Shown: in pieces, positions 21,412 through 30,927 of the stretch
How the letters are laid out: every line of letters begins with the position of its first letter
Position numbering within the stretch: the stretch's first letter is position 1
Assembly (NCBI GenBank): GCA_044440125.1
Contig: JBITAJ010000008.1
Coordinates: 32,001-96,000 of the forward strand
Direction of reading: 5' to 3'
Source: Sedimentisphaeraceae bacterium JB056
GTDB lineage: Bacteria > Planctomycetota > Phycisphaerae > Sedimentisphaerales > Sedimentisphaeraceae
DNA: 64,000 bases
Made by a program: the position numbers and the translations under genes
The notes under the pieces: generated by a model
What the model was told of the DNA's origin: nothing
What the model saw: only the letters and a program-made list of their open reading frames with translations
Database searches by the model: none

Positions 21412-24400
21412 GTGTTTCACCAAATGAAGTCTAATAGTACAAACAGATTATTTTCAGTGCTTTACAAGCAGACTTTAGATCAGTATGCTGATTTTCTCGC
21501 TCTGTGTGATAATGAAAAGAGTTTGACGTATATTGATCTGGACAGAATTTCCGGCAATATTGCATGCTATCTGAAAAAACAAAATATAAAAGAAAACGAT
21601 ATCGTTGCAATCTATTCAGACAGAAGCATTGAATTTATCGCATCTGTTCTTGCGATTTTCAGACTTGGTGCTGCTTACGTTACAATCGACACCAGTTATC
21701 CGCAAAGCAGAGTCAATTTCATTATTGAAGACAGTAAGGCTAAGGTTGTTCTTAAAGCTCCAGACGCGGGGGCTTTATCCTTTAATGATGCTGAAGTTCT
21801 TGAAATTCATATAGATGAGTTGAATTCTGAATACGAGCAGTTTGATTCACTTGAAAAGCCTCAGAATCTCGCCTATCTGATCTATACCAGTGGTTCTACA
21901 GGTACACCAAAAGGCGCTATGGTCAGATATGATAATTTCCTGAATACAATTTGCTGGCAAAAAGATTTCTACTCTATAGTACCAGATGACAGAACTTCAT
22001 GGATTGCAAGGCCCGCATTTGACGCTTCTCTTTTTGAAATATGGGCATATCTGATCTCAGGTGCTTCTATCGCGATTCCAGACAAAGAATTACTTTACGA
22101 ACCTCCACGATTACTTGATTGGATTAATCAAAAACAACTGACAATATGCTTTATGCCAACTCCACTTGCAGAGAGCTGTCTTGAAATTGAGTGGCCGCGG
22201 GAAATTAGCTTACGATACCTTTTCTGTGGCGGAGATGCACTTCGAAAATATCCTGACCCATCAATGAAATTTAAGATGTACGATCATTATGGGCCGAGCG
22301 AATGCGCTATTGTAACTAGTATTGCGGAGATCAAGCCGCTTAAGGAAGGAGAGTCGTTGCCTCTTTATTCTAATATTGGTTTTCCTATATCAGGCAATAA
22401 AATGCACGTAATGACTGATAATATGGAAGAGGCTGAATCTGGAGAGATAGGCGAAATATGTATAACCGGCAAGGGGGTCGGAAGCGGGTATCTCAATAAT
22501 AAAGAACTTACTGCTGAAAAGTTCATTGAGAATCCGTTTTCCAGTGACAAAAATTCACGAATGTATCGTAGTGGTGATCTTGGAAAGCTCCTTGAAGATG
22601 GTACTATTGAGTTCCACGGCAGGATAGACAGGCAAGTCAAAATCAGGGGACACAGAATAGAGCTTGGTGAGATAGAAAACCAATTGCTTTCCCATGCTCT
22701 TGTAAAAGATGCAGCTGTAGTTGCTTCAGAAGGAGGGTCAACACAGAAAAAGATAGTAGCCTTTATTGTTTCTGAAAGCGGAGAATCTGCTGATCTTGCA
22801 ACAGAAGCCAAAAGGTACCTCTCTGACAAGATAGCTGCATATATGATGCCCACTCAGATCATAGAGACTGAACAATTGCCTATGAGCATAAACGGTAAAA
22901 TTGACCGACTTGCTCTTTCAAAAATGGCTACGACAGGACAAACGGAAGCACCCCAAATGCTTCCTAAGAAAGCTACCAATGAAACTGAAGAAGAAATATT
23001 AAATATCTTCAAAGAAGTAATTGCCTGCAACATCAACATTGGGCCGGATGATAATTTCTTTGATATGGGAGGCGATTCGCTGAAAGCAGGCAAGGCTGTT
23101 GCGTATATTCGTAAACAGTTTAATATTGAATTTTCTGTTCTGACTTTTTTCAGCAACCCAACTGCAGCAGAAACCGCAAATATAATAAGATCGGCTTCAA
23201 AGAACAAAAGTGACATCATTGCCATAGATGATATTGAAAGAGACGATGATATCGCTGTCAGCCAGGGACAGATGCACATGCTCCTGCTGAATGACATGTC
23301 GGATGATAATTCTGTTTGCAATATTGTAACGGTTATGGATATCGATGGTTTTGTTGACAATACAACACTTGAAAATGCGATAAATCAATTAATCGATCGT
23401 CAGCAAATGCTGCGAAGCAGGTTTGTGCTTTCTGATACCGGTTATAATTTAGTGATAGAGGATGAGCTTCAGTGCCAGTTGGATTATCAAGATATTATCC
23501 GTGTAAGAGCAGAAAATAAGCCGGATCGGATTGAGAAGATAATAAAAAAATATTCTCATACCAATTTTGATATGCATGAAGCTCCTCTATGTCGATTTGT
23601 ACTTATTCGCATAGAAGATACTCATTTCAAGCTTGTCTCTGTTTTTCATCACGCTATTGGTGATGGATGGTCTATGGGAGTATATGTAAAAGAACTGCTC
23701 TGCATATATGAATCTCTTGCGAAGGGGACTAAGCTTAAGCTTGAGCCTTTACAGGCACAGTATCCCGAATATATAAAATGGTTTAGAGAGTGGCTAAATT
23801 GCCCTGAGGCAAAAACACAGCTTGAGTATTGGCAGAAACAGCTTGCTGATGGCAACTTTGCATTAGACCTTAACAACGCGAATCCTCGCACGGATACCTT
23901 GACATTTAATGGTTCAAGAGAATACTTCAGCTTGCCGGAAGATGTAACTGTAAAACTGGAAGAAATATGCCATAAATATGGTGTTACAATGTATATGGTT
24001 CTTTCTATTGTCTATGCTCTTACGCTTAGATTTTTCAGTGGACAGGATAAGTTTATAATAGGCTCTCCTGTTGCAAACAGAATAATCCCTGAGATAGAAA
24101 ACATAATTGGTTTGTTTATAAATTCAGTTGCCGTTAAATTTGATTTTGGAGGAAAATTCAAATTTACAGATATACTTGCTGAAACCAAGAAAACGGCACT
24201 TGAAGCTTTCGAGAACCAAAATATACCGTTTGAGATGGTCGTAGACAAAGTTAAGCCAGCCAGAGACTCATCACGTCATCCAATTTATCAACACTTGTTT
24301 ATTTATCAGAACGCCCATGTCTCCTCAGGTTATATGAATGGTTTGAAGATACGTTTTGATGAGATAGGAAGCGACAGTGCCAAGCTTGATCTTACGCTTG

Positions 24401-27400
24401 ATGCAATGAAAAGAAATGATATCATCGAATATTACTTCGAATACAATACCGATATTTTCAGTAAAGATTCAATAAAACAGTTTGCGGACAAATTCTTTGA
24501 ATTTGCAAGCCAAATAGCAGAGAACCCTCTCTTTGAAATTGAGTCCAAAGAGGCTGGAATTGAAATTACGTCAAAAATTGCTAAACAGGAAAAAGAAGTT
24601 GAAATATCTGGCGAACTGATCATTCAAGAAAATGATGGTCTTTTAAGTGATGAGTCTGTTGCAGAAGTTTTAACCGAAGATCAGTGTGAAGCTGCAGTTG
24701 AAAATGAAATAGTAGATGACGATGCCTACGTAAAAAAAATGAGTTTTTGGGTTACTCATCTTGAAAATTCAGAGGAACCGCTAATACTTAAAAACGCAAA
24801 ACCTCGTCCGCAAAAAAATAATTCCAATATTTCCGTATTCGAATACAGTTTTCCTGATGAAATATATTCAAGAATAAAAAGCATGTCTGATTCTGATAAT
24901 TGTTCATCATGGGATATAATACTTGGAGCTTACGTTGCCTTAATGTATGAATATAGCGGGCAAAAAAATATTGTGATTGGTGCTGATATACCTAATAAAA
25001 CCTGCAATGAAAATATCAGCAGTGATATAGGGAATAATGTTGCATTGCATTTTAAAATAGATTCTCAAATGAGCTTGGCTGACATACTCGAGCAATCGAA
25101 GGATCTTTCATCGCAAGCGAAAAAAAATCAATTGCCATTTGATATGATTGTCAAAAAACTGATTTCAAATCCTCATGAATCTTACCATCCAATTTTTCAG
25201 TACATGCTGGTTTGCGAAGACCCAAAAAGCAGCCGTGAATATAGTTCCAAGCTTGACCTGTTAACCCGGATAAGCCAAACAGAAGACAGTTTTAAAATCG
25301 CGTTTAACTATAATTCTGATATCTTCACAGAAGAAGCAATAGAACTTATGGCCGAGCATTTTGCTGATTTGCTTGATTTGTTTACTGTAGATTCACAAAG
25401 AACTTTTGACCAACTACCTGTATTTGAGCCGCAAATCTGCTATATTCCGACTCTTACACCTCCTGATGATACAGAGTTTGATTCTGTTGTCGACCGGTTC
25501 CTTGAACAAGCTTCGGATACTCCGGGGAATCTGGCTCTTAAAGATACGCATAAAAGTCTTGATTATAGCCAGCTTGAACATGTGACAAATTTGCTTGCGA
25601 TTGAATTAAACGCGAAAAATGTCAGAGGCAGCTATGTCGGTATTCATTGTGGCAGAAGTCTTGATTTTGTAGTATGCGCTTTAGCCGTTCTCAGAGCTGG
25701 AGCCGGGTATGTTACGCTTGATACTGATTATCCAACTCAGCGTCTTGATTTTATGATAGAGGACGCAGATATTAAAATAGTGCTAAAGACTTCAGAAGTC
25801 AAATCTTCTATCTCTGCCAGAATTGACATTATAAATATTGATATCAATCTCCTTCTTCAACAGCCCAAAGCAGAGCCTGTATTCGTCGGAATCTCAGGGG
25901 AAAGTCCTGCTTATGCTATCTATACATCGGGCTCAACAGGAAAGCCAAAAGGTGTTGAAATACAACATAAAAATCTGATTCATCTTATAAATTGGCAACT
26001 TAATTATTACGATATTACCCCCAACGATAGGGCGAGTCATTTAGCAAGACCAAGTTTTGATACATCTGTCTCTGAGATATGGCCATACCTTGCTTCTGGT
26101 GCTGCGGTTATAATTCCAGATGAAGACATCATACTTAACCCTCCCCGTCTCATCGAATGGATAGATCAAAACAGTATCACAATATCGGACATGACTACTC
26201 CGCTTGCCGAAATAGTAATATCAGAACAATGGTCAGATCAAACTTCTCTACGAATACTTAAAACAGGCGGCGACAGGCTTCATAAGAGGCCACCAAAGAA
26301 TCTTCCATTTGAGTTTATAAACGAGTACGGTCCTACTGAGTGTACCGTAATAACGACTGCAGGTATTGTTGAGTCTGAAAGTCAAGATAAGTCTGCACCG
26401 GATATTGGATGCCCAATCGATGGAGCATCAGTTTATATTCTTAATGAAGAGCTTGAACCAGTAGATGAAGGACAGGAAGGCGAGATTTTCATTGGCGGTG
26501 ACGGAGTTGCTAAGGGATACATAAACAGACAGGAACTTACGAAAGAAAAGTTCTTGCCAGACCCATTTGCGGAAAAATGCGGAGCTAAAATGTATCGAAG
26601 CGGTGATCTTGGCCGTTTTCTGCCGGATGGTAATATTGAATTTATCGGCCGGTCTGACTTCCAGGTTCAGATTCGCGGTTTCAGAGTCGAGCTTGGTGAA
26701 ATTGAAAATGCGATCATTTCCTCTGGAAAAGTTCGTGAGGCTGCTGTTGTTGCATTGGAACAATCAGGTAACACGGTAATTAAAGCGTATATTGTATCTG
26801 AATCACCAGATGGTCAGGTTCCCTCTGGATTACTTTCTTATCTCAAACAGAACCTTCCTGACTACATGGTGCCATCGTCTTTCTTTCTGCTTGGTCAGTT
26901 ACCGCTGACAGCTAACGGCAAAGTTGACCGCAATGCTTTGCGATATTTTGACTGCAACAATGAGAATTTTCAACAATCTCAGAAAACACAGAAGGCTTCA
27001 CCTCGTAATCATATAGAACAGGTTTTGCATGACATATGGAAAGAACTTCTGGAAAAGGACGATATCGGAATCTATGATGACTTCTTTGATATTGGCGGTC
27101 ACTCACTGTTAATAATTCGAATGGCCGGAATGCTTGAGAAGCACGGCTTCAAACTTCGTGTTACAAAAATATTCGAGTATTCCAAGATTGCCACCCTTGC
27201 AAGTTACCTCAAGTTCGGTGACTCAAATAATAGCGGAACCTCACATGAAGAATTAGTTGTATTACGCAAAGGTGAAAATAATCGCTTGCCGCTATTCTTT
27301 ATTCATACAGTGGAAGGAGATATGCTCTTCTACTCCAACCTTATCGGTTACATGGATAAATCGCAGCCTTGTTATGGAATACTTGACAGAGGCATATTTG

Positions 27401-28047
27401 ATGCTGATAAGAAGATAAAAACCATTGAGGAAATGGCCAAACATTACACTGACCTCATTATTCAACGACAACCGCAAGGACCATACATGCTTGTTGGTTA
27501 TTGTTTTGCAGGATTCATAGCTTATGAGATAGCAAGAAATCTCAAGTCAATGGGCAAAAAAGTCAAATTGCTTGGTGTTATAGAAACTCCTGTATGCAAT
27601 GTGCCGTTAAACTATCTGCCATACTATGTTCAAAGATTTAAGCATATAATTAAGTTTTTACCTGTAAAAATCAAAGAATTAATCAATAGAGAGGCTAAGC
27701 TGATAGATGAGTATGAAATAGATGATGGATTTATATTTGATGTGTGGGAAGGTGTTTCCAATGACAACAAATGGCTTGAAAATATGAGGCGTACACATAA
27801 GAGCAATATGGAATCGACCGAGACATATATGTTTAAACCATATGACGATGAAATTGCTTTGTATATTGCTAATAAACGCAAGATGTGGCGTTCGAAAGGT
27901 AAAGACCTTGGCTGGGCCTCATTAACAAAGAAAGTTGACATAGTGGAGGTAGAGAGCCTTCACAAAGATATTTCAATGCCGCCTCATATTGAGACCATTG
28001 CAACCGACATAAAAGCGAGGATAGATGTCATCACACAAGGACTTTAG
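21412..28047 (+). CDS. Two-module non-ribosomal peptide synthetase, A-T-C-(partial C)-A-T-TE
   Basis: Two YTSGSTG.PKG A3 motifs, two YRSGDLG, NGKIDR/NGKVDR A10; T motifs GGDSL and GGHSL; C motif HHAIGDG; TE GYCFAG. Start is GTG 21412 or ATG 21424. Confidence 0.95.
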   Translation: MFHQMKSNSTNRLFSVLYKQTLDQYADFLALCDNEKSLTYIDLDRISGNIACYLKKQNIKENDIVAIYSDRSIEFIASVLAIFRLGAAYVTIDTSYPQSRVNFIIEDSKAKVVLKAPDAGALSFNDAEVLEIHIDELNSEYEQFDSLEKPQNLAYLIYTSGSTGTPKGAMVRYDNFLNTICWQKDFYSIVPDDRTSWIARPAFDASLFEIWAYLISGASIAIPDKELLYEPPRLLDWINQKQLTICFMPTPLAESCLEIEWPREISLRYLFCGGDALRKYPDPSMKFKMYDHYGPSECAIVTSIAEIKPLKEGESLPLYSNIGFPISGNKMHVMTDNMEEAESGEIGEICITGKGVGSGYLNNKELTAEKFIENPFSSDKNSRMYRSGDLGKLLEDGTIEFHGRIDRQVKIRGHRIELGEIENQLLSHALVKDAAVVASEGGSTQKKIVAFIVSESGESADLATEAKRYLSDKIAAYMMPTQIIETEQLPMSINGKIDRLALSKMATTGQTEAPQMLPKKATNETEEEILNIFKEVIACNINIGPDDNFFDMGGDSLKAGKAVAYIRKQFNIEFSVLTFFSNPTAAETANIIRSASKNKSDIIAIDDIERDDDIAVSQGQMHMLLLNDMSDDNSVCNIVTVMDIDGFVDNTTLENAINQLIDRQQMLRSRFVLSDTGYNLVIEDELQCQLDYQDIIRVRAENKPDRIEKIIKKYSHTNFDMHEAPLCRFVLIRIEDTHFKLVSVFHHAIGDGWSMGVYVKELLCIYESLAKGTKLKLEPLQAQYPEYIKWFREWLNCPEAKTQLEYWQKQLADGNFALDLNNANPRTDTLTFNGSREYFSLPEDVTVKLEEICHKYGVTMYMVLSIVYALTLRFFSGQDKFIIGSPVANRIIPEIENIIGLFINSVAVKFDFGGKFKFTDILAETKKTALEAFENQNIPFEMVVDKVKPARDSSRHPIYQHLFIYQNAHVSSGYMNGLKIRFDEIGSDSAKLDLTLDAMKRNDIIEYYFEYNTDIFSKDSIKQFADKFFEFASQIAENPLFEIESKEAGIEITSKIAKQEKEVEISGELIIQENDGLLSDESVAEVLTEDQCEAAVENEIVDDDAYVKKMSFWVTHLENSEEPLILKNAKPRPQKNNSNISVFEYSFPDEIYSRIKSMSDSDNCSSWDIILGAYVALMYEYSGQKNIVIGADIPNKTCNENISSDIGNNVALHFKIDSQMSLADILEQSKDLSSQAKKNQLPFDMIVKKLISNPHESYHPIFQYMLVCEDPKSSREYSSKLDLLTRISQTEDSFKIAFNYNSDIFTEEAIELMAEHFADLLDLFTVDSQRTFDQLPVFEPQICYIPTLTPPDDTEFDSVVDRFLEQASDTPGNLALKDTHKSLDYSQLEHVTNLLAIELNAKNVRGSYVGIHCGRSLDFVVCALAVLRAGAGYVTLDTDYPTQRLDFMIEDADIKIVLKTSEVKSSISARIDIINIDINLLLQQPKAEPVFVGISGESPAYAIYTSGSTGKPKGVEIQHKNLIHLINWQLNYYDITPNDRASHLARPSFDTSVSEIWPYLASGAAVIIPDEDIILNPPRLIEWIDQNSITISDMTTPLAEIVISEQWSDQTSLRILKTGGDRLHKRPPKNLPFEFINEYGPTECTVITTAGIVESESQDKSAPDIGCPIDGASVYILNEELEPVDEGQEGEIFIGGDGVAKGYINRQELTKEKFLPDPFAEKCGAKMYRSGDLGRFLPDGNIEFIGRSDFQVQIRGFRVELGEIENAIISSGKVREAAVVALEQSGNTVIKAYIVSESPDGQVPSGLLSYLKQNLPDYMVPSSFFLLGQLPLTANGKVDRNALRYFDCNNENFQQSQKTQKASPRNHIEQVLHDIWKELLEKDDIGIYDDFFDIGGHSLLIIRMAGMLEKHGFKLRVTKIFEYSKIATLASYLKFGDSNNSGTSHEELVVLRKGENNRLPLFFIHTVEGDMLFYSNLIGYMDKSQPCYGILDRGIFDADKKIKTIEEMAKHYTDLIIQRQPQGPYMLVGYCFAGFIAYEIARNLKSMGKKVKLLGVIETPVCNVPLNYLPYYVQRFKHIIKFLPVKIKELINREAKLIDEYEIDDGFIFDVWEGVSNDNKWLENMRRTHKSNMESTETYMFKPYDDEIALYIANKRKMWRSKGKDLGWASLTKKVDIVEVESLHKDISMPPHIETIATDIKARIDVITQGL

Positions 28048-28699
28048 CATTCTTTTGGCTGATAGACTTAGAAGTATACTTCCAGACGGTATTATTTCGG
28101 ATGTATGTCCTGTTGATAATTATGGTTATTTGTTGTCCGGAACCGAATTGAAACAAAGCAAAAATTATAAACTGAAAAGGTTATCACAGTTTTCTACAGG
28201 AAGATATCTTACCAAAAAGGTTCTCTCTGTCTTAGACGTTGAATCGGACTCTATCTCAAAATTATCTTCCGGGGCTCCAGAATGGCCGCAAGGTATAGTT
28301 GGATCGATTTCTCACACTGACAGCTACTGTCTTTGTGCCATGGCTAATCAGCCGACAGTACGTTCTTTAGGAATTGATCTCGAAAGAACAGGGCAGCTTA
28401 GCTTTGAGGATGCACACCTGTTTATGTCTGATAATGAGTTAAATGAAATAAAATCAGCAAATAATCCCTCGATTATGCTGACTGTGGCCTTTAGTATTCG
28501 TGAGTCTGTTTACAAATGTCTTAATCCTATATACAATAAGTGGATAGATTATACTGATGCAAAAGTTGAATTTCACAAATATTCAGACGCAAACAAGCTT
28601 GATGTAACCGTAAAGGGTTACGAAAATCTCGCATTACTTAAGTGCCGTTTTGCTATAATTGATGATATGGTGATTACTTCAGCAGTCATGCTCAAATAA
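28025..28699 (+). CDS. 4'-phosphopantetheinyl transferase (EntD/Sfp-like)
   Basis: GAPEWPQGIVGSISHT, LGIDLE, FSIRESVYKC; overlaps the NRPS stop. Confidence 0.9.
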   Translation: MSSHKDFSILLADRLRSILPDGIISDVCPVDNYGYLLSGTELKQSKNYKLKRLSQFSTGRYLTKKVLSVLDVESDSISKLSSGAPEWPQGIVGSISHTDSYCLCAMANQPTVRSLGIDLERTGQLSFEDAHLFMSDNELNEIKSANNPSIMLTVAFSIRESVYKCLNPIYNKWIDYTDAKVEFHKYSDANKLDVTVKGYENLALLKCRFAIIDDMVITSAVMLK

Positions 28700-28726
28700 A
28701 CCGCAGTCCGTATTGCGATTTTGGAC

Positions 28727-28755
28727 TTGCAATACTATGCAAAGATAGTCATAAT
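28727..28755 (+). promoter_or_regulatory. Putative sigma70 promoter of arsC-like-ribE-pdxA-rsmA
   Basis: TTGCAA-N17-CATAAT. Confidence 0.45.
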
Positions 28756-28809
28756 ATATCAATAGAGTATGTTAATTCTTAAATTGCACATTAGATAGGA
28801 AATAATGAA

Positions 28810-29238
28810 ATGATTATATTGTTTGTCTGCAATGCTAACGCAAGCAGAAGCCAGATTGCAGAAGCATGGTTTAATATTTTAACAGCCGAAAATGATAAGT
28901 TTTGCGCATGTTCAGCTGGTATAAAGCCCACCGAAAAAATAACCGGAAAAACTTTAGCGGTAATGAACGAAGTAGGTATCGATATATCTGATAATTTCCC
29001 CAAAGCCGTTGACTATTTCGGAGATACAGAATTCAACTATGTTGTAACTTTAAGTGATGAAGCAAAAGAAAATCTTCCAGAACTTCCTGGTAAGCCAATG
29101 CTGATTCATACACCTGTTGATGACCCATTTGAAGTTATCGGCACTGAAGATGAAATGTTAGAAACATACAGGGAAAGTAGAGATTCAATAAGAATACTCG
29201 TAGAGTCTCTTATTGCACAACTGAGCATGGGAAAATAA
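28810..29238 (+). CDS. LMW-PTP / ArsC-fold protein lacking resolving cysteines
   Basis: P-loop LFVCNANASRSQIAE, SAG, VMNEVGIDIS, DDP..RDSI. Confidence 0.8.
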   Translation: MIILFVCNANASRSQIAEAWFNILTAENDKFCACSAGIKPTEKITGKTLAVMNEVGIDISDNFPKAVDYFGDTEFNYVVTLSDEAKENLPELPGKPMLIHTPVDDPFEVIGTEDEMLETYRESRDSIRILVESLIAQLSMGK

Positions 29239-29263
29239 TCTATAATTTGTTTTGAAGATATAA

Positions 29264-29920
29264 ATGTTTACAGGTTTAGTAGAAAAAATAGGTACCGTTA
29301 CAAGTCTAAGGAAAAGCGGCAACGGAATGATAATCAGGATTGACGTTGGCGATCTTTCCAGGAATATTTCAATTGGTGACAGTGTCGCGGTAAATGGAGT
29401 TTGCCTTACGGCGACAAGCATCTCAGGAGTAAATGTAGATTTTGACGTAAGCCTTGAAACTTTGAACAGTTCAACAACCGGAAGCCTCAAAAGTTCAGAC
29501 AAAGTCAATCTTGAACTTGCAATGAGCGCAAATGGCAGATTTGGTGGACATATTGTACAGGGGCATGTTGATGGCATTGGTATTGTAAAAAACATCAAAG
29601 AGTCTAACGGTTTTTATGAACTCTCGGTATCTTTGAACAACGATATGATGAAGTATATAGTCAAAAAGGGTTCGATTTCAGTAAGTGGAATAAGCCTTAC
29701 GATTGCATCGGTCTTGGATGACGGTTTCACAGTGGCAGTTATACCTGTGACGTGGCAAGATACAATCCTGCAATATATGAAGCCCGGCGATAAGGTTAAT
29801 ATAGAAGCAGATCTTATAGTAAAGACAATACGTGCACAATTGACGCAAATGCTCCAGGACGACAGCGGTAATAATAATTCTTTGACTTTAGATAAACTTA
29901 AGCAAATGGGTTTTTGTTAA
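29264..29920 (+). CDS. ribE: Riboflavin synthase (alpha chain)
   Basis: MFTGLVE N-terminus, GDSVAVNGVCLT, GGHIVQGHVDG, KGSISVSGISLT, VNIEAD. Confidence 0.95.
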   Translation: MFTGLVEKIGTVTSLRKSGNGMIIRIDVGDLSRNISIGDSVAVNGVCLTATSISGVNVDFDVSLETLNSSTTGSLKSSDKVNLELAMSANGRFGGHIVQGHVDGIGIVKNIKESNGFYELSVSLNNDMMKYIVKKGSISVSGISLTIASVLDDGFTVAVIPVTWQDTILQYMKPGDKVNIEADLIVKTIRAQLTQMLQDDSGNNNSLTLDKLKQMGFC

Positions 29921-30927
29921 TGGTGTTTCATAAAAATAGTGTAATAGGCATAACAATGGGTGACCTCAACGGCATAGGCCCTGAGATTATCGTCAAAGCG
30001 TTAAGTGATCCATATATCCGCTCAATGGCAGAATTTGTAATATACGGGACCGAATCGCATCTTCAGTCTGCAGCTAATAAATGCGGTATTGACAGATTCT
30101 GGGTTAGCCAGCCTTCGGAAAAACTTGACACTGATTTGGTCAAGGGCGTTGTACTGGCGGATTATCAGTTTGAATATAAGCCAGATATAAAAAAACCTGA
30201 CAGAGAATCAGGTGAGGCATCTCTTAAGTTTTGCAATGATGCAATTGATGCGGCTTTACGAAATGACATAGATGCAATAGTAACTGCTCCAATAAATAAA
30301 CTAAGCTGGAAACTCGCAGGAGCTAAATGGCCCGGTCACACGGAGCTTTTAGCAGAAAAGTGCGGTACCGACCAAAAGGCTATGATGTTTGTTGCAGGCA
30401 AAATCAAGCTTGCATTAGCTACTATACATGAAGCATTGTTTGATGTTAAGCACAGACTTGATATTGCAAGCGTAGCAAATAGCATAAGACTGCTTAACCA
30501 AGCCTTGATAAATTATTTTGGTATTAACAAGCCCTCAATCGCAGTGGCAGCTTTGAATCCTCATGCCGGTGAAGAAGGGCGGTTTGGCGATGAGGAATGC
30601 ACTATAATTTCACCCGCGATTGAACTTGCGAGAGAAGAGGGTGTAAATGCTTCTGGTCCGTTTCCTGCCGATACTCTTTTCCTCAAAGCAAGCAGGGGAG
30701 ATTATGACGGAGTTGTCGCAATGTATCACGATCAGGGGATGATTCCGGTGAAATTAATGGCATTCGCTGACGCCGTAAATGTTACAATCGGACTTCCGAT
30801 ACTTCGTACATCCCCGGCGCACGGTACTGCATTTGATATTGCCGGAGAATCAATTGCTGATGCCTCCAGCATGAAGAGAGCGATAGAAGTGGCAGTGAAA
30901 ATGGCAATTTTGAGGGGGAAATACTAA
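29920..30927 (+). CDS. pdxA: 4-hydroxythreonine-4-phosphate dehydrogenase
   Basis: ITMGDLNGIGPEI, VTAPINK, GHTE, LNPHAGE, GPFPADT, MYHDQG, RTSPAHGTAFDIAG. Confidence 0.93.
   Translation: MVFHKNSVIGITMGDLNGIGPEIIVKALSDPYIRSMAEFVIYGTESHLQSAANKCGIDRFWVSQPSEKLDTDLVKGVVLADYQFEYKPDIKKPDRESGEASLKFCNDAIDAALRNDIDAIVTAPINKLSWKLAGAKWPGHTELLAEKCGTDQKAMMFVAGKIKLALATIHEALFDVKHRLDIASVANSIRLLNQALINYFGINKPSIAVAALNPHAGEEGRFGDEECTIISPAIELAREEGVNASGPFPADTLFLKASRGDYDGVVAMYHDQGMIPVKLMAFADAVNVTIGLPILRTSPAHGTAFDIAGESIADASSMKRAIEVAVKMAILRGKY

Noticed and set aside
21412..28699. NRPS as a mobile element or genomic island
   Set aside because: No integrase, transposase, tRNA or flanking direct repeats seen; it looks somewhat AT-richer but I could not quantify this
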